Of a DNA stretch of 64,000 bases, positions 56,560 through 64,000 are shown one piece after another; position 1 is the stretch's first letter; every line of letters starts with the position of its first letter. This stretch comes from an uncultured Pseudomonadota bacterium. GTDB taxonomy: Bacteria; Pseudomonadota; Alphaproteobacteria; JACZXZ01. Below the pieces are notes generated by a model. The model was not told the origin of the DNA and did not search any database. It saw only the letters and a list, made by a program, of their open reading frames with translations. The position numbers and the translations under genes are program-made. The stretch covers positions 32,001 through 96,000 of the forward strand of contig CAVVLJ010000022.1 in NCBI GenBank assembly GCA_963749075.1, written 5' to 3'.

Positions 56560-57504
56560 ATGCGAACTTCGCCACTTGTCGCTGAGATTGCGAGGCGCAT
56601 CCTCGACATGGTCGAGGCAGGGCTACTCGTGCCGGGTGCGCAATTGAAGGAGGACGAGCTTGCTGAGCGCTTCCAGGTCTCGCGCTCGCCTGTACGCGAA
56701 GCATTGCAGGCGCTTGCGCAAACTCGGATTGTGCAGCGCGAGGCCTATCGTGGAAGCTTCATCTCGACGACGTCCAAAGCAACAATCCAAAAAGCGCGCC
56801 GTTTGTTCGGCTCCGACGGGCCGGATGACGCATATCGAGAGATCGCCGCTCAGCGCCTCGATGGCCGCTTAGCCGATCAGATCACCGAGGCCGAGCTTGG
56901 CGCGCGGTTTGGGCTCCGCCGGACCGAAGTTCGGCGGATTGTCAATCGCATGGCGCGTGAGGGCTGGATTGAGCGCCGACCGGGCTACGGTTGGTCTTTC
57001 GTGCCGGTATTGACGACGCCCGAGGCCTTCGAACTCGGCTATCGGTTTCGCTCTGCGATAGAGTCGGCGGCATTGCTGCAACCCACCTTTGCGATCGACT
57101 ATGCGGCATTCGAGAGCTGCCGCGCCGAGCAGCTCGCCATTGCCGAGGGGAGGCTGCGGAGCTCGGACCCGGTCGACGTATTTCGCGTTGGCTCTAGTTT
57201 TCATGAGATGCTCGCGCGCTGCTCGGGAAATCCCTTCTTCCTCGACGCCGTAAGACGGATAAATCGCCTGCGGCGGCTCCTGGAATACAGGGCAAAGGTC
57301 GAAACCGAGCAATTGAGAAAGTTGGCTAAGGAGCACCTGATCATTCTAAGCAAGATTGAGAAGGGCGATCGGGCGGGCGCGGCCGACCTTATGCGCCGTC
57401 ATCTTGAGAGGACGGTCAATACCAAACTTCAGAGTCTTCGTCAAATATCTGACCGCGCGACGGGTCACGTTCGGGCAGCGGCTTCGGCTAGTCTGCATTT
57501 TTGA
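56560..57504 (+). CDS. GntR family regulator (two wHTH + FCD)
   Basis: ELAERFQVSRSPVREAL, second HTH ELGARFG, FHEMLA..SGNPF. Confidence 0.85.
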   Translation: MRTSPLVAEIARRILDMVEAGLLVPGAQLKEDELAERFQVSRSPVREALQALAQTRIVQREAYRGSFISTTSKATIQKARRLFGSDGPDDAYREIAAQRLDGRLADQITEAELGARFGLRRTEVRRIVNRMAREGWIERRPGYGWSFVPVLTTPEAFELGYRFRSAIESAALLQPTFAIDYAAFESCRAEQLAIAEGRLRSSDPVDVFRVGSSFHEMLARCSGNPFFLDAVRRINRLRRLLEYRAKVETEQLRKLAKEHLIILSKIEKGDRAGAADLMRRHLERTVNTKLQSLRQISDRATGHVRAAASASLHF

Positions 57505-57911
57505 AGCGCTGGGCTCTCCGCGACGCATTAGGCCCTAAAACCCGACTCGATTGCGACCCTCAAAGCCGCCTGGTATGCGAACATCGAGCCTGTGAACGAC
57601 CAAGCGGGATGCTCGGCCGTCGCACATTCCCGTCAGTGCGGCGTAACAACATAGAGTACATCGGTCGTAGGATTTCCAGAAGAGCACATGCTGGGCCATT
57701 CCGTCGGCATTGGAGCTGTGCGGTCTATGCGCCCATCCAGCGCATAGAGCGAGAAGCGGCCGATGCGATCATTCACGATTTGAGCAAAATGCCAATTGCA
57801 ATTCCACGCGCCGGCAGTCAATTGACATGTTGTATTTCTTTCCAGACAAGAGCAAAGGCTGCCAACGGCGCCAAACTACTATCACGTCAAGCCAATTTGG
57901 GGTGTATGGTC

Positions 57912-58712
57912 ATGCGGGTTCTGATTACGGGTGCCGCCGGCAAGATCGGGACGGCACTGCGCAATGGTCTGGCCGGACGCTACCCCTTGCTGCGCCTGTG
58001 CGACACCCGGGATTTGGGTATCGCACGCAGCGGCGAGGAGACCGCGACGGCTGACCTTACCGACCCTGCGAGCGCGACACGCGTGACGGCGGGCATGGAT
58101 GCAGTGGTGCATCTGGCTGGCGTAGCGCACGAAGACAGTTGGGAACGCATCCTGCCGAACAACATCGCGGCAACTTACAACCTGTTCGAAGCTGCGCGCG
58201 AGTCGGGCGTCAAGCGCATATTGTTCGCGAGTTCAAACCACACCGTGGGCTATTATCCGGCGCGGCGCGAGGTGGGAATAAACGTCCCACCGCGGCCCGA
58301 TAGCCGGTACGCCGTCAGTAAGGTGCTTGGCGAGGCGTTGGGACGGCTCTACGCCGACAAGTTCGGCGTGAGCGTCATATGCCTGCGCATTGGCTCGTTC
58401 CGGCGTGCGCCGGAAAGCAGGCGGCAGCTTGCTACCTGGATCAGTCCGCGCGATATGGTGCAACTGGCGATCCGCTCACTCGAGACGCCGAACATTCATT
58501 TCGCGGTCTACTACGGCATATCCGCAAATAGGCGCCGGCGCCTGACGGACGATGCCGCTACAGTGATCGGTTTCAAGCCGATGGACGACGCGGAGGCCTA
58601 TGCTTCGCAATTTGCGGACGAGGCCGGCGATCCCCACTCGCCCGCGGAGCTGTTCCATGGTGGGCCATACTGCATGACCGACTTCAGCGGCGATCCGGGC
58701 CGGATAAAATAG
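57912..58712 (+). CDS. udh: Uronate dehydrogenase-like NAD-dependent SDR
   Basis: TGAAGKIG, FASSNH.VG, RPDSRYAVSK, LRIGS, TWISPRD, FHGG. Confidence 0.7.
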   Translation: MRVLITGAAGKIGTALRNGLAGRYPLLRLCDTRDLGIARSGEETATADLTDPASATRVTAGMDAVVHLAGVAHEDSWERILPNNIAATYNLFEAARESGVKRILFASSNHTVGYYPARREVGINVPPRPDSRYAVSKVLGEALGRLYADKFGVSVICLRIGSFRRAPESRRQLATWISPRDMVQLAIRSLETPNIHFAVYYGISANRRRRLTDDAATVIGFKPMDDAEAYASQFADEAGDPHSPAELFHGGPYCMTDFSGDPGRIK

Positions 58713-58936
58713 CTATGCTCATTTCTGACCAGCAATCACCCGGCTAGCCAGGGACCGACAGGTCGCGGATGGATGGATCGGCGAATGGCCGCGCTAGGCC
58801 TCAAAGTGGGTTCAAATCTTAAAGCAGAGGACGTTTACTCGTCACCCTGCCAAGGCTGGCGGGTTGGAAAAACTATCCCGGAAATGGGCAACATCTTTCC
58901 AAAGCGGGCAAACATAACGTGTGCGTTCTGGTGTTA

Positions 58937-59760
58937 GGGTCTGTACCCGCATAATGTCTTGAAAAAGTTGTCCGAATGTGATTCACCGTGGTTGGAGGTG
59001 GATCATGCGGTTTGATTTGAGCGACGAGGAATGGGCTGTGCTGGAGCCGTTGATGCCGGGCCTTCGCAAGAAGGCGCGAGAGGATGATCGCCGGATCATG
59101 AATGGCATCTTCTACGTGCTGCGCACCGGCATGCCGTGGCGAGATTTGCCGGAGCGCTATGGGCCTTACACGACGGTCTACAATCGCTTCAACCGCTGGT
59201 CTCGCCGCGGCATCTGGAAGCGGATTTTCGACGCGCTGGCCGCGACATCGCACGATAGCCTCTATCTGATCGACAGCACCATCGTGAAAGCGCATCGCGC
59301 GGCGAGCGGCGCAAAAGGGGGGAGAAAAATCAGGCGATCGGTATTAGCCGGGGCGGGCGCAGCACGAAGATCCATGCGGTCGTCGACGGCAAAGGCCGCC
59401 CGCTGAACTTCATCGTCACGGGCGCACAGGTCCATGACAGCCAAGTCGTCGAAGCGGTGCTGGACACGCCCAAGCCGCCCCTCGCCGTCGCGGCCGACAA
59501 GGCTTATGACAGCCAAAAGGTCCGCCAGCAGATCAGGGACGAAGGTGCCTTGCCCGTCATCCCCAGCCGCAGCAATGCCACCAAGAAAGCCTATTGTCCC
59601 AAGCGCATCTATCGCAGGCGCCACAAGATCGAAAATTACTTCTGCCGCATCAAGGATTGGCGGCGCATCGCAACCCGATACGACAAGCTGGCCAGAAACT
59701 TCCTTGCCGCCGCAGCCCTCGTCGGCGCACTCTACTGGATCAAATTGTGAGTCCAGACCC
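58937..59760 (+). mobile_element. IS5-family (IS427 group) element, copy 2
   Basis: 824 bp, essentially identical to 40403-41226 (one synonymous C/T difference seen). TA flanks. Confidence 0.92.
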
Positions 59761-59943
59761 TAGTTTGAGTTTTGTACCCGCGACAGACCCGAGAAGCCGA
59801 ATTCAGTATGAAATGCTACTTTGTTACTCAGTTGGCGGTTTTGGTTAGCGAGCTATCTAGAGCTATTTATGAGGGCACTTCTAATTTCGACGGCACGCCC
59901 AATTTTTCGCATGCGGTCGAGACGGCCGACGCTGATACGCGAT

Positions 59944-61221
59944 TCATGCTTTGATAGCGGTAGGATGCAGTACGACGATTTCGGAGCCATCCTTGACGAA
60001 ATCCGTAGACGCCCGAACCAGCTTGGCCACAGCAGCAGCTTTGTGCGCCGGCGCAAGGTGAGCATAGCGCAACGTCACTTTATAATCTGAGTGACCAAGC
60101 AGTACACGCACCGTATTCAAATCGACCCCCGCCATCGCCAGGCGTGACGCGAAGTTGTGCCTCAGGTCATGCCACCGAAAACGCTGAATGCGTGCACGTT
60201 CCAGGACCGCCAACCATGATCGACGTATATTGTCGAGCAATGCCTTATTCTTACCGGGAAATACGAAGCCCTCGGACGCTGCCGTATCGTTTTTCCAAGC
60301 TTCGAGGGCCAGACGCGCCTCATCGTTAAGAGGTATGTGCCGCGTCTTGCCGCTCTTTGCATTGGCTCCCCGAACCGTCAAGTTGGCTTGTTGCAGGTCG
60401 ACGTCTTTCCAATCCAGACTGAACATCTCGCCCCGACGGAGCCCCGTATTCAGCGAGAGCAGAACCATAGGCCGCAGCCGATCCGCAAACACTCGTTCCG
60501 ACAAATCCGGCAACAGCGGATAGCGCCGGTCGGCGCGCCACCGGTTAGCGCTGCGTCGCGCTGCTCTGATTTTGTCTTCGCGCTCCTTGAGCGCCTGCCG
60601 CAATCGCATCTCCTCATCATCGCTTAGGAAGCGCACCGTTGGGCTTGGATCTACGCGACAGCGTTTTACCGCGGTTACCGGACTACACTTGAGCAACCCC
60701 CACGAGACGGCCTTCGTGAGAGAGGATCTCAGGTCATCGAGGTCACGGTTGGCGGTAGTCGCTTTCGCACCTGCCTTTAGACGATTTGTTCGCCACTTCT
60801 CGATTTGCCACGCGGTTATCTCTCCAAGGTTTTTTGTAAGCAATTCCGAGAAACTGGCTTTCAACCTGGCGACTGTCGCATCGCCGGTCTGAATGTTTGC
60901 CTTTGCCCATGGTGCGTACGCCTCGTCGATGAATGAAAGCAGCGTATGTGCCTTCGCCTGCCGCTTTGCGGCCATGGGGTCGTTGCCCTGATAGGCTTCG
61001 GCAAGGATGGTCTTGGCCTTTTCGCGCGCCATTACCGGCGTTATCGCGTCCGCCCGTCCGATTGCCATCCGACGCGCGCGCGCGAACTCGATGTAGTAGG
61101 TCATCACGCCGCTGGGCTGGACGCGAAGGAGAAAGCCGTTGAGTCGACTGTTCCTGATTTCGTAAGGCTTCGGACCCGGTTTGATGCGACTGATAAGGTC
61201 ATTGCCGATGATCGAATGCAT
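59944..61221 (-). CDS. int: Tyrosine recombinase / phage-type integrase with arm-binding N-terminus
   Basis: GFLLRVQPSG N-domain. Catalytic TGLRRGE, K(SGK), HDLRH, LGH, RY appear intact. Adjacent to attR. Confidence 0.93.
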   Translation of the reverse strand: MHSIIGNDLISRIKPGPKPYEIRNSRLNGFLLRVQPSGVMTYYIEFARARRMAIGRADAITPVMAREKAKTILAEAYQGNDPMAAKRQAKAHTLLSFIDEAYAPWAKANIQTGDATVARLKASFSELLTKNLGEITAWQIEKWRTNRLKAGAKATTANRDLDDLRSSLTKAVSWGLLKCSPVTAVKRCRVDPSPTVRFLSDDEEMRLRQALKEREDKIRAARRSANRWRADRRYPLLPDLSERVFADRLRPMVLLSLNTGLRRGEMFSLDWKDVDLQQANLTVRGANAKSGKTRHIPLNDEARLALEAWKNDTAASEGFVFPGKNKALLDNIRRSWLAVLERARIQRFRWHDLRHNFASRLAMAGVDLNTVRVLLGHSDYKVTLRYAHLAPAHKAAAVAKLVRASTDFVKDGSEIVVLHPTAIKA

Positions 61222-61270
61222 GACACGAAATCTACCGATAAGTGCGAGCGGCGTGACATTGCCGGACGTT

Positions 61271-61293
61271 TCCGTAAGTGCAGGGTAAGTGCA
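61271..61293 (+). repeat. Putative integrase arm-type sites (right)
   Basis: TCCGTAAGTGCAGGGTAAGTGCA, with an extra partial copy GATAAGTGC near 61237. Confidence 0.7.
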
Positions 61294-61422
61294 AAGTCCC
61301 CGTTCACGGCCGAACCAGCCTGGACCCTCACGAACAACCAATCAATTATAACATATTGATTATAAAAGTAAACCTTGTTCGCTGACGGTTGCTGACGTGC
61401 GTCTTCGTTCGCGATAAAATTG

Positions 61423-61470
61423 CGCTCATAACGGTGTTGTCGCAGGTTCGAGTCTTGCCGGGCCCACCAG
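61423..61470 (+). repeat. attR: duplicated tRNA 3' half
   Basis: CGCTCATAACGGTGTTGTCGCAGGTTCGAGTCtTGCCGGGCCCACCAG, one mismatch to the tRNA. Confidence 0.92.
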
Positions 61471-61622
61471 GATTGTCAATGAATTGCGGAATCGCCTCTT
61501 CTTCATTTTCGGGGGTTGGAGACGCAAGCAGCAAGGCTAAGCCTCAATCAAGCAGCCGGCCAAGGCACGAACGCATATGACTCAGTCATTGACGTAGGTC
61601 CGTCGGCGTACTACTTGTTTAT

Positions 61623-61898
61623 ATGCAATTCGAGTGGCATGCGGTTAAGAGCGCCAGCAATGCCAAGGCGCGTGGTCTACCATTCGAGATCGCGATGGCG
61701 ATCTTCGACGGGTCGACATTGGAGAGCCCGGACCGAAGGCGGGACTATGGTGAGCCGCGGGTGAAGGCGATCGGCTCGGTTGCCGGGCAAGTATTGGTTT
61801 GCGTCTACACAGACCGCAATGCGGTCCGGCGGATCATTAGCTTACGGGCGGCGAATAGGAGAGAACGCGATGCGTACCGTGCGGCGTACCCGAGCTGA
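61623..61898 (+). CDS. brnT: BrnT family toxin
   Basis: MQFEW..KSASN..RGLPF..A..IF, DYGEPR..IG, RRIISLRAANRRER. Confidence 0.85.
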   Translation: MQFEWHAVKSASNAKARGLPFEIAMAIFDGSTLESPDRRRDYGEPRVKAIGSVAGQVLVCVYTDRNAVRRIISLRAANRRERDAYRAAYPS

Positions 61899-62241
61899 CC
61901 TCGATCTGAGCAAAGTCGACTGGCGGCGGCTCGCGGCGACAACGGATGCGGAGATCGACCGCCAGATCGCGGCCGATGCCGATACGGCACCGCTATTTTC
62001 GGCCCGCGAATTGAGACGCGCACGGCGGGTGGTGCCTGCGCCTGCGGCCGATGACGTGCGGGCGCTTCGTCGTCGGCTTGGGTTGAGCCAAAAGCAATTT
62101 GCCGCCCGCTATGGGTTCTCGGTCGAGACCGTGCGCAATTATGAACAAGGCCATCGCCGACCGGCCGGTCCGGCGCGGGTTCTTCTCAAAGTGATAGCCT
62201 CCGAGCCGGACGCGGTGACCCGCGCGTTGCTGCGGCGGTGA
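61870..62241 (+). CDS. HTH (XRE/HigA-like) antitoxin
   Basis: DWRRLAATTDAEI N-terminus and LRRRLGLSQKQFAARYGFSVETVRNYEQG.RRP. Overlaps brnT. Confidence 0.8.
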   Translation: MRTVRRTRADLDLSKVDWRRLAATTDAEIDRQIAADADTAPLFSARELRRARRVVPAPAADDVRALRRRLGLSQKQFAARYGFSVETVRNYEQGHRRPAGPARVLLKVIASEPDAVTRALLRR

Positions 62242-62459
62242 GCGACCCGCCGCCTCGCGCGGCGATTCGCTTGCGACGAAGCGCGGGCTGAGCTCGCAGG
62301 GCAACCGGTCAAGATATTCCGCTAGCGCATAGGGCGCGGCCTCTCCGGCAATGGTCAATCGGCGCTCGGCGGCAGCAGTCATGCCATCGATCGGGAATGG
62401 CCGGCGGCCGCGATTCCAGTATATCATGACGTCGACGCCAACTGGCCGAGCCGACATTC

Positions 62460-62816
62460 GTGATCGACGACCCTCGCCGAGTCCCCGGCCTCGTGACAAG
62501 ATTGCGGGAAGCGTTGCCGTTCTCCGCCGGCGTGACCGCCGGATTGGTGGCCGTGATCCGGGAGCAGCTCCCGGACTGGACTGCGGCGCGACAATGCCCC
62601 GTCAGCGGAATCGACTACGCCGGCGACGAAGGTGGCATTATGTGCAGGCTCGATGTCGGCAAAGAGAACGATCGCCGAGTCTTCTACGTCTCGATTACGC
62701 ACTTGACGTTCGATCGCCGATTACCGTTCTCGCGAGAGATCGCCGCTTATCAGAAGCATCGGACCAAGCGCATCAAGCGGCTCGGCGATGCGGCCAACTT
62801 CCTTGGGGAACTTTAG
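62460..62816 (+). CDS. Hypothetical protein
   Basis: 118-aa ORF with protein-like motifs YAGDEGGIMC, SITHLTFD, YQKHR.K. Confidence 0.6.
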   Translation: MIDDPRRVPGLVTRLREALPFSAGVTAGLVAVIREQLPDWTAARQCPVSGIDYAGDEGGIMCRLDVGKENDRRVFYVSITHLTFDRRLPFSREIAAYQKHRTKRIKRLGDAANFLGEL

Positions 62817-62956
62817 GGCAGGTTATGCGCGGGGGCGCTTCGGGCACGCAATGGGCGCGCAATCGGACTTAAGTCGTTGCAATCATCCACAATCAGACTC
62901 GGTGCAGCTCGACGAGAATCCCAGGATTTCCGCCGCGTCCGGGCCTTTTCGGCCCA

Positions 62957-63002
62957 CTCAAAACGGTGTTGTCGCAGCTTCGAGTCCTGGCGGACCCACC
63001 AG
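62957..63002 (+). repeat. Third, degenerate tRNA 3' fragment (older att)
   Basis: 42/46 identical to the tRNA 3' half plus the following base. Confidence 0.8.
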
Positions 63003-63133
63003 GATTTTCAATGACGTGCGGGATCGCCTCCTCTCCATTTCGGCCATATTCCCGAGATTCATCGCATTGGCCGCGCCGCCGTACCTGGTAGCCTCCCCGC
63101 TTACATGCAAGGCAACGGGGCGCGAAGCCGCAA

Positions 63134-64000
63134 TCAATAGATCGCCTTCAGCGGACCGCTTTCACTCGGCATTTCCGCGGCTTCGTCTGTTGCCGCCGCG
63201 AGGTCGCGGAGGTAATCCTCGCGGGCGTTCTCATGGATCAGCGTCAACATGAGATGGAGCCCGGGGGGATCGCGCGTGAGGCTGCACACCCAGCCGCGCC
63301 GGGTCATTCCCTTGGCGATGACGCCGACATTGGCGCCGTCGCAGCCGAATGACAGCAGCGTGAGATGGGGCTTTCCGAAGATGCGGAACCCGGGAATGGC
63401 CTCGATTCCGGCGATGTAGCCGTCCCGCATGGTCATGAGGCGGCGCGCCTCGCGGCGATAACCGTCCGCGCCGAGATAGTTGAGCGTCGCCCATGCCGCC
63501 GCGACGGCGCCGCCCGGGCGCGTTCCGACGACGGTTGCCACGGCATAGAGGCCGCTCGGCCATTCATCGATCTCGAACATGGCGCAGGCCGCGCGCTCAG
63601 CGTCGCGGAAGAACACCGTGGAGGCCGGCTTCGGCGTGAAACCGTACTTATGAAGATCGGCCGAAAGGGACATGACGCCCGGCAGCGCGAAGTCGAACTC
63701 CGGGACGGGGTAGCCGATCTGCCGGACAAAAGGAGCGAGATAGCCGCCGACGCAAGCGTCGGCGTGAAGCCAGACGCCCCTCTGCAACGCCAGCTCGCCG
63801 AGCTCGTCGATCGGGTCGATGACGCCTCTTGGGTAACAGGGCGCCGAGCCGACGATCATGATCGTGTCCTCGTCGATCGCCCGTTCGATCGCCCGCGGAT
63901 CCGCGCGGAGATCGGGCGATGTCGCGGTGCGGCGAACCTCGAGGTCCATCAGCCGCGCCGCCTTGCTGAAGGCCGGATGAGCGGTCTCGGCCATGACGAG
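63134..64000 (-). CDS. PLP-dependent group II decarboxylase / sphingosine-1-phosphate-lyase-like, 3' part
   Basis: TAHPAF.KA, GSAPCYP.GVIDPI, HADACVGG, SADLHKYG (PLP lysine), GTRPGG. Confidence 0.85.
   Translation of the reverse strand, partial: LVMAETAHPAFSKAARLMDLEVRRTATSPDLRADPRAIERAIDEDTIMIVGSAPCYPRGVIDPIDELGELALQRGVWLHADACVGGYLAPFVRQIGYPVPEFDFALPGVMSLSADLHKYGFTPKPASTVFFRDAERAACAMFEIDEWPSGLYAVATVVGTRPGGAVAAAWATLNYLGADGYRREARRLMTMRDGYIAGIEAIPGFRIFGKPHLTLLSFGCDGANVGVIAKGMTRRGWVCSLTRDPPGLHLMLTLIHENAREDYLRDLAAATDEAAEMPSESGPLKAIY

Larger units (their letters stand above)
26021..61470. mobile_element. ~35.4-kb tRNA-integrated genomic island (tyrosine integrase)
   Basis: Flanking 48-bp direct repeats, integrase beside attR, Xis-like gene, IS elements, and a visible drop in GC right after the tRNA. 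Confidence 0.9.

Noticed and set aside
59761-59790. TGTACCCGC and CAGACCC next to IS5 copy 2, resembling IS end sequences
   Set aside because: The matches are too short to separate a miniature element or target preference from chance.
26021-61470. Prophage or conjugative ICE
   Set aside because: No structural, terminase, lysis, relaxase or type IV secretion genes are recognisable.
61423-63002. Additional tRNA genes
   Set aside because: Both copies lack the 5' acceptor strand and D-arm, so they are att remnants.

Overview
High-GC alphaproteobacterial chromosome (Rhodospirillales-like, inferred from gene content and order). 1-26 kb is core genome. It holds an FNR/FixK-box-studded microoxic PHA module (Lon-like protease, Pat acetyltransferase, FixK-type regulator, phasin, phaC and a candidate ~67-nt sRNA), a TIR-TM gene, pgl, the lsrB/vtlR-trxB-lrp-greA locus with an AbcR-position sRNA, carAB, yqeY-dnaG-rpoD and a tRNA(CAT). 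A ~35.4-kb tyrosine-integrase island sits in the tRNA 3' half, bounded by a 48-bp direct repeat (25974-26021 / 61423-61470) with matching arm-type repeats at both ends. A ~1.5-kb older relic island follows, ending in a third degenerate att. Island cargo includes a secreted TPR-CHAT protease, IS3, two IS5 copies, Xis/ParB/DUF927 relics, two PraR-like XRE regulators with a conserved palindromic tail, GST, asparaginase, TIGR02300, bactofilin, tolC, rmlCBDA and a broken MNT-HEPN pair. It also carries a sugar ABC + dehydrogenase + lactonase + PLP aldolase cluster that may be an undescribed amino-sugar-acid pathway. No CRISPR array or rRNA was seen. All protein calls are by motif recognition only; no database searches were run.
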